A program made the translations under genes and the position numbers. Shown piece by piece: positions 45,550 through 55,524 of a stretch of 64,000 nucleotides of DNA (position 1 is the stretch's first letter; every line of letters starts with the position of its first letter). This stretch comes from a virus (taxonomy: Duplodnaviria > Heunggongvirae > Uroviricota > Caudoviricetes). The notes under the pieces were generated by a model that made no database searches, was not told where the DNA came from, and was given only the letters and a program-made list of their open reading frames with translations. The stretch lies in the IMG/VR virus record IMGVR_UViG_3300025299_000102; one strand, 5' to 3'.

Positions 45550-46899
45550 ATGGCAATTGCACAAACCTCGGCCGACGAACTTCTTGACCAGTTCAAGGCG
45601 TCACGTATGCGCGCTTCGTCCGACAAGGAAGCACAAAACCAAGAAGCACGGCTGCGCTTGCGTGATTCAGTCGTTCAGCTGCGTGAGCCAAACTCGCATC
45701 CGTCTTCGCCTGCCAGCACGTCTCAGCCAACATTCAAGATTGGCGATGCAAAGGGCTTCCCCTTTGTTCCTGAACGTGGGGAAGTTACGCCTGGGAGCGG
45801 AAACATGTCACCCAAAGCTTCCGAGGCGTTCTTTTCCCACATGCAGGACGCCGCATCCCGGTCGGATGCAAATTCGCGCGATGCCAGTGTTGGCAAGGCC
45901 GCAAAAGCAATTGCGCACGACTGGGCCGAGAAGCATGGCCTCACGGGTCACCACGGAAAAGAAGGAATGCTCGCTCACGCGCTCCACGAAGCTCGCGCCC
46001 AGGCTGCGTTTGTCTCGCGCGAAATCGGACAAAAGCTCGGTTTGAACCCGCTCGAGTCTACGCTTATCGGCCACTCCCTGGAGCGCGCGCTGGAAAAGGA
46101 AGGCTTCAAAGTCTTCGCCAACCACGCCATCGATAAAGGTGCCGAATTCTTCAAGGCCACGGCTTCGTCGGTGGCCCATGCCTCCGGTATGCGTCACGCA
46201 CTCGAAGAAAATCTGAGCAAGTCCCTTAACTGGATGGCAACCCATGGCGTCACCAAAGATGCGCTGAAAGAGGCCCTGGGCAAGCACGCCGGCAAACTTG
46301 CGGTTGTCGCAGAGCTGTCGCAGCATCCCGAAGTCATGCAGCGCGTGGCCTACACTATGTCCAAGTCCGACAAGGTTCTGGACGGGGTACTGATGCTGGC
46401 CAAGGATGATGAGTTCCGCAAGGGGATTGGTTCCCTTACCCTTGCCGCCGGCGAAACCGTCGCCAGCGTCAACAAGGGCGTCGGGTCCGTGGCCATCCTG
46501 GCCGGTTCGGCGCTGAAAGGGGATTCTACCGAAGATACGGCCCGTCATGCATTCCGAGCAGCTTTGACGGTGCTGGGCGGCGCGGCAGGCGGCCTGGCCG
46601 GCGGTGGCGTGGCTAGCTTGGCAACCGGTACCGCCGGCGCCATGGCAGGTAGCTGGGCGGCAGACAAGATTCTTGACCTCTATGACAAGCACATGGGGAA
46701 AGGTCCGCACGTTCAAGAGCGAACCGTCAACAAAGATGAAGTCGTCGCTGGCGCAAAGGTTATCGCTGACCGGGTCTCACACCGAATGGCAGAGGAGGGT
46801 GGACATGCCGCCAAGAGCGCGTTGTCGCCTGCCCTGGCCGAACGTGGCCGAGAAATGGAACGCGAGTACAGCCTGGGTAAGAGCGCGGGCCACAGCTAA
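45550..46899 (+). CDS. hypothetical protein with Gly-rich hydrophobic C-terminal segment
   Basis: 449 aa; GGAAGGLAGGGVASLATGTAGAMAG segment. Confidence 0.5.
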   Translation: MAIAQTSADELLDQFKASRMRASSDKEAQNQEARLRLRDSVVQLREPNSHPSSPASTSQPTFKIGDAKGFPFVPERGEVTPGSGNMSPKASEAFFSHMQDAASRSDANSRDASVGKAAKAIAHDWAEKHGLTGHHGKEGMLAHALHEARAQAAFVSREIGQKLGLNPLESTLIGHSLERALEKEGFKVFANHAIDKGAEFFKATASSVAHASGMRHALEENLSKSLNWMATHGVTKDALKEALGKHAGKLAVVAELSQHPEVMQRVAYTMSKSDKVLDGVLMLAKDDEFRKGIGSLTLAAGETVASVNKGVGSVAILAGSALKGDSTEDTARHAFRAALTVLGGAAGGLAGGGVASLATGTAGAMAGSWAADKILDLYDKHMGKGPHVQERTVNKDEVVAGAKVIADRVSHRMAEEGGHAAKSALSPALAERGREMEREYSLGKSAGHS

Positions 46900-46913
46900 T
46901 ATGGCTCTACAAG

Positions 46914-46945
46914 AAAAGCCCCTCGCAAGGGGCTTTTCGTTTTTA
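46914..46945 (+). terminator. intrinsic terminator
   Basis: AAAAGCCCCTCGCAAGGGGCTTTTCGTTTTT. Confidence 0.65.
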
Positions 46946-47065
46946 AGGTAATAGAAATACCTCAGCCAATACTTGCTGTTATTGCCGTTTCATGCGATAC
47001 TAGTCGAGTTAAAACCTGAATTTGTTATCGTGAAAACAACCAGTCATCCCCATGAAGTCGGCGCA

Positions 47066-47722
47066 TCACCGCACGCCGTAGGTACGCAGGAAGCTCAAGT
47101 CGAGCGTCCAGGCGCGCTTCGACAGCTCAATTTGGCGCTTCTCAACCTTCTCCAGCTCGGTAGTCAGCACCTTGGCGTCCCAATCATTCAGCCACTGCAG
47201 ACGCTCGTAAACCTGGTCCAGCCGGCCAATTCGATTGGCATAGCCCAGGTGCTTAGCTTTATGGCAGGTCGGGCATAGGCAAAGCAGCCCGCGAAGCGCC
47301 TGAACTCCGGTCTTTTCATCAAACTTCCATGCCTCGTGTGCTTCGACATGAGGTTCGCCGCGCGAGCCGCACGCGACGCAGGTGTTGCCGGCCGCCTGGT
47401 AGCAGAACTTACGCAAGCGGTCCCATTCCGTTTCTGAAAAGAGGGAGCGCAGGTTGGCCTCCCAGGTCGTAGTGGGAAGCATATCTGGCAGCAGGACCGG
47501 CGCCGGCGGGTTCCCGCGGTACTGCCATTTACGAGGCAACCACTCTTCGAAGGGCTCTAGGTAGGCATCGGAAGGTACATGGTACCCACGCTTTTCGGTG
47601 TACAGCCCGCCGGCGCGCAGAAAGCGCTGGCTATCCCAATACGGAACGCAGCAGGGGATAAATTCTTCTCCGCTCGGCGGAACAGTTAGGGTGGTATGGC
47701 GTGAGTTTAGAGCGTTTCGCAT
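47066..47722 (-). CDS. hypothetical zinc-finger protein
   Basis: CVACGS...H...H...CLCPTCH (possible HNH-like fold). Confidence 0.4.
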   Translation of the reverse strand: MRNALNSRHTTLTVPPSGEEFIPCCVPYWDSQRFLRAGGLYTEKRGYHVPSDAYLEPFEEWLPRKWQYRGNPPAPVLLPDMLPTTTWEANLRSLFSETEWDRLRKFCYQAAGNTCVACGSRGEPHVEAHEAWKFDEKTGVQALRGLLCLCPTCHKAKHLGYANRIGRLDQVYERLQWLNDWDAKVLTTELEKVEKRQIELSKRAWTLDLSFLRTYGVR

Positions 47723-48114
47723 AGCTGGTTCCGAAAAAAGAACCCTGGCAAAGCCAGGATTCAGGAGTTAGCGGATAACGATGAGGCATTTCGTTTTGCT
47801 GGGCAAATAGCGGCAGGAAACGTTGACGTCGCCCGCACGAGTGCTGGAGGCCTTCGGATGCTGGCAGAAGCCCATCCCCGGACATTGGCCTCGGGTCTCT
47901 TTCCAGTTTTGACAATTTCCGCATGTGTCAGCGGTTTCGGTTTGATTAGGCACGGTATTTCCTTTCATATCTTTTTGATGTCCTGTGACCCTTTGTATAG
48001 CTCAAAAGAAGCAGTGTGCAATTGATGGATTTAGCACTATACGTTCACGTAGGCACATATACCGAGCGGTGGTTATCCGCCCTCGATTCTAAGTTTATTT
48101 ACGCATAGGAAAAA

Positions 48115-49584
48115 ATGATGAAAAAATTCCACTGGTTTGATAACGCTGCTGAACTGTTGGCCCTGGGTTCGCCACAACCTACGATGAACGCGACCGAGAT
48201 GTATGCTGGTCCTTTCCCGATGGTGCTGGATGAACTCAATCCAGACGACACGCCAGGTCCACGCCAAAGCCACGAGCTGGTGAGCTCGCGCATCTACCAG
48301 GTAAAGGTAGGTGCAGACGTGTATGCTGCGGTGGTGCTTTGCCGTATCGAAGCGGGCAAGCCACAGTGGACAGTTTACTGTGGCGACGAGCAAGCTGACG
48401 GCAAGCAAACGCTGGACGGCAAGACTCTGGCGGGTAAAATGCGTGCGGATGCGGCAGCCAACGTTTCGTTGGCTAACATGATGGAAGCATCTGGCTGGGT
48501 GAATTCGGTTCCTGACCAAAACACCGGTTGTGGCTTCTGGCGCATGTTGGCTCGCGGTCTGGCTAAAGTCCCGGCTGTGGTCAAGATTTGCCCGCATACG
48601 CAGATTGCGTTGTCTCTGCTTCAAGAGAGCGACCTGAAAGCCATGGCAACGGAGGTTCAGGACTGGAAGGATGGTAAAGTTGCAGCCGTTGTAGCTCCAA
48701 CTGGTCCGCTCTCTCCAGAGGAGGAAGCTTTCCATGACGCGGCCTTCATCCAGCACGTACTGCTGGCTGGTGAACGCGGTGCTGGTAAGTCCTGGCTGGC
48801 TCGTGCAGCGGCTGCTCAGCATGACGCCGTCTACCTCGAGATGCAGATGCATCCCTCCATGGAAGCATGGGAGTTCCGTGCACATGACCGCGCCTGGAAC
48901 GGCAAAGTCTACACGGTGCTGGGTAAGCTCGCTGAAGCTGTGTACTGGATTCAACAGGGTAAGAAGGTCATTCTGTGTATGGACGAGTTCTTGAACATGA
49001 ACCCGCTCTACACGACTGCCATCAACTCCCCGCTGACCCTGACCGACGACGACCACTACATCATTGAGACTGGCCGCATCATCGACTTAGGCGATGGTAT
49101 CGGTCAAATCGAAACGGTGAAAGTGCCGGCCGACAAGTTCTGGGTGGTTGCGACGACTAACATCGGCGCCCGCTACAACCTGGACAAGATGGCACCGTCG
49201 GTACGTGCTCGCTTCCAAATCATCCTGATGAATACCAACCCAGAACGTACCAAGACGATTCTCGAAAAGACTCTCGCTAAGTACGGTATGCCGTTGGCAT
49301 TCGCAGAAATGTTCAAGAAGTTCATCGAGGCAGCTAACCAGGCTGTTGCGGAGAACACCTTGGATGAGGAGGCAACGACTCGTCTGGCGTGCAATGTGGT
49401 GCGCGCTGTTCATCTGAAGGCCAAACGCGACCGCAAGTCGTACCCTTCGGTTGCACTGTGGCTGCCGGTCATCAAGAAGCAACTGCTGCGAGAAATCGCG
49501 CAGGTAGTGAACTTCGAACTGGGACCGTTGGACGTAGAGCAGGAACTGCACTTCAAGGGTCTCGTCGACGCATCCTTCAAGTAA
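48115..49584 (+). CDS. CobS-like / MoxR-type AAA+ ATPase
   Basis: Walker A GERGAGKS, Walker B ILCMDEF; paired with downstream vWA protein as in phage cobS/cobT modules. Confidence 0.6.
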   Translation: MMKKFHWFDNAAELLALGSPQPTMNATEMYAGPFPMVLDELNPDDTPGPRQSHELVSSRIYQVKVGADVYAAVVLCRIEAGKPQWTVYCGDEQADGKQTLDGKTLAGKMRADAAANVSLANMMEASGWVNSVPDQNTGCGFWRMLARGLAKVPAVVKICPHTQIALSLLQESDLKAMATEVQDWKDGKVAAVVAPTGPLSPEEEAFHDAAFIQHVLLAGERGAGKSWLARAAAAQHDAVYLEMQMHPSMEAWEFRAHDRAWNGKVYTVLGKLAEAVYWIQQGKKVILCMDEFLNMNPLYTTAINSPLTLTDDDHYIIETGRIIDLGDGIGQIETVKVPADKFWVVATTNIGARYNLDKMAPSVRARFQIILMNTNPERTKTILEKTLAKYGMPLAFAEMFKKFIEAANQAVAENTLDEEATTRLACNVVRAVHLKAKRDRKSYPSVALWLPVIKKQLLREIAQVVNFELGPLDVEQELHFKGLVDASFK

Positions 49585-49704
49585 GTACCAGTATTGAAAA
49601 CCTCATCTCCCGGGCTTTGCCTGGGAGATTTCCCGCGAAACGGCTGTACTGCAGCCTCTTTCGAGGATTGCTTTCAGTGCTGATTACTAATTAGGAGAAG
49701 AAAT

Positions 49705-51741
49705 ATGTCGAGTGGATTTTTGCTGGCCGATGCGCTTTCGAAAGTTTTGCGCAGGCCATACCAACAAGGTGATATGACCATTACGCTCAACTATCTGGTT
49801 GAGGGTCTTAAAATCGGTGCCTATCGTGTGATGTTGAAGCGTGACTTCGACACCGCATGCTGGATTCCACCGGTCGGGAAACGTGCTTCGCATTCCATCT
49901 ACTACGGTGACCGCATGGTCGCTCGCGTGCTGGAGCGCTTCGTGAGTGTGAACGAAATCGAGATGCCTGCAGCGAAAGACTTTGTTGCTCAAGTCAAAGC
50001 TGAAGTCACACGCGAAAAAGAAGCAATGCGGCTGGCCAAGGAAGCGCGCGATAAGGCCGGAACTCTGCCTGCAATGAAAGGTAAGGTTCCAGCGCTTCCC
50101 AAGTCGAATCCGATGTCCTTGAAAACTCGCCTGCTGGACGCGCAGCTGCAATGGCTGCATGACAACGGCGAAAAAGAACAGTGGGAACTGTTCCTGGAAT
50201 GGTTGCTCAAGGCTGTGGCGTCTTATGGCCGCCACGAACGTGAGCATGCCCGTAATACGCCTCAGGATATGAAGCAGGTCAATCGCGACCTGAAGACCCT
50301 GGGCATTCCGTTCAAGTACTTCAACTTGTTTGAGGACGCACGCATCGAACACATCTCCCGGAAGGAATTGGGCGGCAAGTTCGATTGGATGATGTTTGAG
50401 GAACTGGCTCCGGCCAACCACCCATTCAACATCTTCCTGCGCTGCATTCAGTTTGAAGGCGAGCAGGACGTCATTGCCCTCAACAGCGAGGACCCTTACG
50501 CTAAGGACCCTTCGCTGACGATTGGCCACATCGCTGAATCCGTCGAAACCTACTACCAGAAGGCGTGCGGCTGCAAAACGGCCGAACACCTTTACCCCAT
50601 CATCCTTGAGTTCTTGGAAGAATTCAAGGAAGACCTGGAAGAAGAAGAACCTCCTTCGGGTGGTTCAGGTGACGGGGAAGAAGGCGAGGGTGGTGGTGGA
50701 GGCAGCAGTAGTGCTCCACCTTCCGGTTCGGGTTCCAAGGGCCGTGGTAAGAAGGGCCCTGAGTCCGAAGATGAAGACGAAGGGGAAGACAATGGCGCCG
50801 GCGAACGTGCTGGGGACCTGTCTACGGCCGCTGATGCAGCGGACAAGGGGGACGAATTCTTCGACGACTTCGAAAAAGACGCGGATGTCATCGGCGGTAC
50901 TGATGCGGAAGGCAAAGCTGCTGAAGCTAAGGCAAAGGAGGCAATCGATGGTGCAAAGAAACCTGCACCAAAGAGTGGCGAGGGTGGCGGCCAGGGTGAG
51001 GCTGGTTCAGTTGAACCATCTGAGTCTGGTGGCCAAGCCAAACCTGAACACTTCCTGGCTAAGCATTCTGGCGAAATGGATGACGTCTACCGAAAACGTG
51101 TCGACAACCTAACCAGTATGTTGATGCGCATGTTTAAGACGCATTCATTGCCAGCGGCAGTGGAAACTCCTGGGCAGCGTATGTCTGGGCGCCATTTGGC
51201 CCACGGCGAGCTGCGTTGGCTGCATAAACGGGTATTCGGAGGCAAAGGGAAACGCAAGTACACCATTGTCTTTGACTGCTCTGGTTCCATGGCTGGCAAA
51301 CCCACCCGGGAAGGCAAGTTGTTGGTTCTGGCGCTGAACAACCTGGCCAAGCGCGGCTTTTTGGAAGGTAAGCTCATCCTATCGGGATACCCAAACGGCC
51401 GCCCTGGCTGGTTGACGTATGATTTCCCGGTTGCGGAAGATGTGGTCCTCCGAATCAACCCATGCCATGGCTCTGAAGGTCTCCAGTCTGCACTGGCCGA
51501 CAATCTGAAGCACATTACTGGCATGGATGATGTGTTTGTAGTTACTGATGCAAACATCTGCGATGCTCCCCTCAATCGTGACCAGTTTGCGAAACGCCGC
51601 GTATGGCCTGTGGGCTTGTATGTGGGGTCTCGTAAAATGGCAACGGAGATGGAAGTGCATTTCCCGCAGAACATCATTCGTGACACCATTGAAGAAGTGG
51701 TGGAAGCGATGTTGACGCGTAACCGTCGTACTGTTGGCTAA
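49705..51741 (+). CDS. CobT-like protein (acidic Gly/Glu-rich linker + C-terminal vWA/MIDAS)
   Basis: Acidic low-complexity region EEEEPPSGGSGDGEEGEGGGGG...; VFDCSGSM MIDAS motif near C-terminus. Confidence 0.6.
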   Translation: MSSGFLLADALSKVLRRPYQQGDMTITLNYLVEGLKIGAYRVMLKRDFDTACWIPPVGKRASHSIYYGDRMVARVLERFVSVNEIEMPAAKDFVAQVKAEVTREKEAMRLAKEARDKAGTLPAMKGKVPALPKSNPMSLKTRLLDAQLQWLHDNGEKEQWELFLEWLLKAVASYGRHEREHARNTPQDMKQVNRDLKTLGIPFKYFNLFEDARIEHISRKELGGKFDWMMFEELAPANHPFNIFLRCIQFEGEQDVIALNSEDPYAKDPSLTIGHIAESVETYYQKACGCKTAEHLYPIILEFLEEFKEDLEEEEPPSGGSGDGEEGEGGGGGSSSAPPSGSGSKGRGKKGPESEDEDEGEDNGAGERAGDLSTAADAADKGDEFFDDFEKDADVIGGTDAEGKAAEAKAKEAIDGAKKPAPKSGEGGGQGEAGSVEPSESGGQAKPEHFLAKHSGEMDDVYRKRVDNLTSMLMRMFKTHSLPAAVETPGQRMSGRHLAHGELRWLHKRVFGGKGKRKYTIVFDCSGSMAGKPTREGKLLVLALNNLAKRGFLEGKLILSGYPNGRPGWLTYDFPVAEDVVLRINPCHGSEGLQSALADNLKHITGMDDVFVVTDANICDAPLNRDQFAKRRVWPVGLYVGSRKMATEMEVHFPQNIIRDTIEEVVEAMLTRNRRTVG

Positions 51742-51912
51742 CTATCTGGGCCGGAGGAATCCGGTCCAGTAAGCCTAAGGCATATATGGTCTAGCCGCAC
51801 GTATGTGCTGCCGAAGATTCAACCTCTAGCCACCCACACCAGGGTGGCTTTTCTTTTGTCCGATAAAAAACAAGCCCACCAGGAGGTGGGCTTGCAGAGT
51901 TACATCATTCAG

Positions 51913-52713
51913 CTAGTTCAACGACACGGACTCGCCAGTGATACGATTGATGATGCGCGCATCGTGGCCTTCTTTCAGAATGTCCTCAGCATTGCTGCGA
52001 GCTGCTTTCAGGCTGTCAAACGAATGGTCAGCCAGCCATCCGGCAACCGAACCTCCCTCACAGCGATAAGTCATGTCGAAGCCCAATATAGCTGGCTGCT
52101 CCAAGACTTCCGCTGTTGCCTTCTCATCTGTCACCTTTGCCAGCACGATGCCGCGGACTGGCATCAGCTTGCCGTCAGGCGTCACCAGGATGTCATTGTA
52201 GCTAACCAGGAAGGGCGTATCGCCCGTGCTGGCTGTCGTCACAATATCACCCCTGCGAACATCCTTAGGCAGTTCGCGTACCTGCAGCAGTCGGGGCTGA
52301 TACCCAAGTGGGTACTCCTGCAAGTGCAGGGTTACCTTTTGGACCGGCGCGTTTTTCGCACCGCCACCGAGCAATTCTGCAAACTGCAGAATGTGTTTTG
52401 GTGAGCCGCTTACTGCATGCGTACGAATCAGCAGAGGAAGCCAGCATTCCTTGTTCAGTACGGCATCGTTTAGCTTCAGGGTTTCCCCATCCACCACAAA
52501 TACCATCCCGAACCGGGCGCACCAGTCAACGAGCGCTTGAAGCGGATTCGCAACCAGGTCCTGCAGCGCCTCCCATTGCTGCTCGGCCGGCAGCGCCTGC
52601 CGCAAGATGTCACGCCCAGAAAGAAACACTGGGTTATTACGCAGGAGCCGGATAAGCTGACCGGTCGGTCCAACCACGGTAATCCCCAATTCAGTTTCCA
52701 TGCTAGAGAGCAT
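51913..52713 (-). CDS. hypothetical protein (266 aa), downstream partner of GHKL ATPase
   Basis: 33 nt after GHKL gene on same strand. Confidence 0.5.
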   Translation of the reverse strand: MLSSMETELGITVVGPTGQLIRLLRNNPVFLSGRDILRQALPAEQQWEALQDLVANPLQALVDWCARFGMVFVVDGETLKLNDAVLNKECWLPLLIRTHAVSGSPKHILQFAELLGGGAKNAPVQKVTLHLQEYPLGYQPRLLQVRELPKDVRRGDIVTTASTGDTPFLVSYNDILVTPDGKLMPVRGIVLAKVTDEKATAEVLEQPAILGFDMTYRCEGGSVAGWLADHSFDSLKAARSNAEDILKEGHDARIINRITGESVSLN

Positions 52714-52746
52714 GTGATTCTCCTTTTCCTTTAGGCCTATGGCCGA

Positions 52747-55203
52747 TTAGCGATACACGGCAGCCAAGGCCACGCATAAATCTTTCACCGCGTCCGCCGG
52801 CGCAGCACCATTACTGGTGGTCATCATGCGTAGCAGCGGAAACCGTGTCAGCAGATTCCTGTACACCAGGTCATAATTCACCATGCCCTGGTGCTTCAAG
52901 CGCTCCAGCGAATCCAGAAGTTCCGTGCGGTCCTTCGTATCCGTTGGCTGCGCAGCCAAGTGATTGCCAAAGCGGATTAGACCACCGCAAAGTTTGCCGA
53001 AGTTCTGATTCACAATTGCGGACTTATGCAATTTAGTGGTCCCAGTTAGCAAATCGACGTGAGGTGAAATCTCCTTGTCGAACTGCGTTCCGGTCAACTC
53101 CAAGCGGGGGCTCTTTGCTAGCATCTCGCACAGGTTGGTAAACTGCCAGCATTCGGATACTTGTCGAACCTTTTTCCCCGCCAGGACGTTTTGAACGTCA
53201 GGGCGAGCAACTAGCTCCGATAGCAGGGCCTCCACTGGTTTCCAGGATTTAAGAGCTTTGACTTCAGCTATCGTTGCTTCGTCGATTTCGTTGTCAATGA
53301 AATCGGCCTCGCTCATCTCAAGTAACCCTTCAGCATCGGCTTCATCAATCGCTTGACGAAGTTCTGCTGCTTGTTTGGGATTGAGAAGATACAGGCGGTC
53401 GACTTTCACAGCCTCCAAAATGTGCTCAAGTCCGCCTTCCGACCCGTAACTAGCGTGCAAATGGCCAAGCTGGGAATCTTTAGCAAAGCCGGCCAGCGCC
53501 CCGCCATCCTTTTCCAGCCACACGCGAACAGGCTCCGTGGTGCTGATAGCCATCATGTTCATCGGCTCCGTCACCTGCTTGTCCGCTTTAACAGAGAAAT
53601 ACGTCAAGGCAGCTCGCCGGCTCACTGAACTACGTGAACCTGCTTCCCGCGGTACGTCCGGCATTTTCGAGGTGAGTATAATTTCCAACTCACCAAGGAA
53701 TGCTTTCGAGACCGAGTCAGCCGCTGCTTTCGCTTCGCCAGCAACGGTTGAAGCAAAAAAGATGAACTGACGATGCTTGTTGTTGTTCACCCAAGCTCGA
53801 GCTCGCTGCGTTCCGCCAGACTTCATGTCATCCACCAGCAGGATGACGGGGTCATTTGCGATGAAGGTCTGTGCAACGTAAGAACCTTTTTCAGCAGGAA
53901 TCGCAATTCGGCCAGAAACTACATAGGCCGCACGCATAGTTCCACTTCCCTTGCTGGTGTATTTCAACTTCAGGTCGTCTCCCGACGCTGAAATCGGCAT
54001 ACGCAGCTTGCCATTCCACTCATACCCACCTGTAGCCGTTTTCAGCGTCTTGTTAAGCACATACTCAATTTTCTCCTGCGGTGTGTTCTTGATGTACTGC
54101 TGCCGGGTGCTCTTCGCAAACCAATGCCAGGCCTCGGTATTTCCGAGCAGATTAGAAAGCAAAGCTCTAGGTGTTAGGCCAGGCAAGGAATATAGCTCCT
54201 GCGCCTTCGCAACAACAGCTTTTCCGGCTGCAGCGTCTATGCGTTTCAAGAGTTCGTTTACTTCGTCGGTGTATTTAATTTCTTCACGTGACGGCATGAA
54301 CGGAATCTTGAACGACATCGGGACCTCAACTACCATTCCCTCCTCAAACACTGACTCCACGTCGGTAGGTGTTTGAACATGGAAAGGCAAGCCGCCTACG
54401 CCAAATTCTTTGTTAGTCATGACCAACAAAGAACCCTTCTGCGTGCCCTGACGATGGTACTTCAGATTCGACCCCTTCATGGGGTAAACACGAACCCCTT
54501 TCAGACCCGAATCCACCGTTCCCAGGTCCAGTACTGTGCCCGAGAATTCTGGCAGCATGGTTGGTAGGGCGCCGAGGTTGTCCACTGTGAAGGAGTCTCC
54601 CATAGTCAGCTGCATCACTTCTTTCAGCCAGGCCACAGCCCGCAGAGCTTCAGCGATGTCAGTTTCTTTGACAGGGAAGTACACCCTGGTTCCAACTACA
54701 GAGCCCGGCACCTCAGAGGCCTTTTGCACACGAGGCTTCAAGCCGTCGCCCTGGAATTGGAAGTAAGTACGTTCCACCATGTCACTTTCGTGGCAGGTAG
54801 TGATGTAGCACTCACGGATATAACCGTAAGCTGCCCATCGCCCTACGCCCAGGCCGCCGGCCGCGTTGTTATCGCCTTCCTTAGTTGATTTGCCAAACGA
54901 CAGATAACCGTTAGGGTCTTCCATGAAGGTCTGCGTCATGCCAGAGCCTTTGTCGATGACGGTAATCATCGGATTAGCGATGGTCGGCAACTGCACCAGT
55001 ACGCCTTCAGCGAACGACAAACCAGCACGTCGCGACGCATCACAGGCATTCTGAATGGCCTCACGAATGGCCGACATCAAGATGAACGCATACACTGTGG
55101 ACAGCATCTCCATCAGTGCACCATTCAAGTTGACCGTCGCATCCATCGCGCTGCCCATTGCCGTCACATCCGCCTTTTTCGAGTCGGTTGCAATAATTGC
55201 CAT
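52747..55203 (-). CDS. GHKL-superfamily ATPase, Hsp90-like N-terminal domain (818 aa)
   Basis: N-box REAIQNACDA (cf. Hsp90 RELISNASDA), G1 IDKGSGMT, G2 GGLGVGRWAAYGY (cf. GQFGVGFYSAF). Confidence 0.6.
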   Translation of the reverse strand: MAIIATDSKKADVTAMGSAMDATVNLNGALMEMLSTVYAFILMSAIREAIQNACDASRRAGLSFAEGVLVQLPTIANPMITVIDKGSGMTQTFMEDPNGYLSFGKSTKEGDNNAAGGLGVGRWAAYGYIRECYITTCHESDMVERTYFQFQGDGLKPRVQKASEVPGSVVGTRVYFPVKETDIAEALRAVAWLKEVMQLTMGDSFTVDNLGALPTMLPEFSGTVLDLGTVDSGLKGVRVYPMKGSNLKYHRQGTQKGSLLVMTNKEFGVGGLPFHVQTPTDVESVFEEGMVVEVPMSFKIPFMPSREEIKYTDEVNELLKRIDAAAGKAVVAKAQELYSLPGLTPRALLSNLLGNTEAWHWFAKSTRQQYIKNTPQEKIEYVLNKTLKTATGGYEWNGKLRMPISASGDDLKLKYTSKGSGTMRAAYVVSGRIAIPAEKGSYVAQTFIANDPVILLVDDMKSGGTQRARAWVNNNKHRQFIFFASTVAGEAKAAADSVSKAFLGELEIILTSKMPDVPREAGSRSSVSRRAALTYFSVKADKQVTEPMNMMAISTTEPVRVWLEKDGGALAGFAKDSQLGHLHASYGSEGGLEHILEAVKVDRLYLLNPKQAAELRQAIDEADAEGLLEMSEADFIDNEIDEATIAEVKALKSWKPVEALLSELVARPDVQNVLAGKKVRQVSECWQFTNLCEMLAKSPRLELTGTQFDKEISPHVDLLTGTTKLHKSAIVNQNFGKLCGGLIRFGNHLAAQPTDTKDRTELLDSLERLKHQGMVNYDLVYRNLLTRFPLLRMMTTSNGAAPADAVKDLCVALAAVYR

Positions 55204-55379
55204 AATTTACCTCCGTTAGATAATTGAAAACTCAGAAAGCGCAAGCTTCGCGCCCTATATGTGCCTACAAGGCCGTATAGCTCTCTGCGAAAGGCGTTCC
55301 TGATGTTATGCAGACCGAATTAAGACCCAGGCCGTCCCAGCGGTTTAGGCGCGGGCGCGTCGGGCTGACCAGTACCCCT

Positions 55380-55505
55380 AAGCAGTACGGTCGATTAATG
55401 ATATATCGTTGATAAATAACGTATTTTACGCTATTATGCGTTTATACGCTATACGAAAACGGACATATAGTCCGTGTCAACCCGCCGGGTTGCACACGTG
55501 TGAAC
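55380..55505. promoter_or_regulatory. AT-rich intergenic region with clustered palindromes and short direct repeats
   Basis: ACGGACatataGTCCGT, CAACCCGcCGGGTTG, CACACGTGTG in tandem; TACGCTAT repeats; CGATtaatgatatATCG. Confidence 0.4.
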
Positions 55506-55524
55506 ATTACGAGAGGAAACAACT

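Noticed and set aside
47768-47968. 66-aa Cys-rich minus-strand ORF (MKGNTVPNQTETADTCGNCQNWKE...)
   Set aside because: Possible small zinc-ribbon protein but no RBS/promoter evidence and it overlaps the 5' region of the neighbouring gene's upstream sequence; left unannotated.
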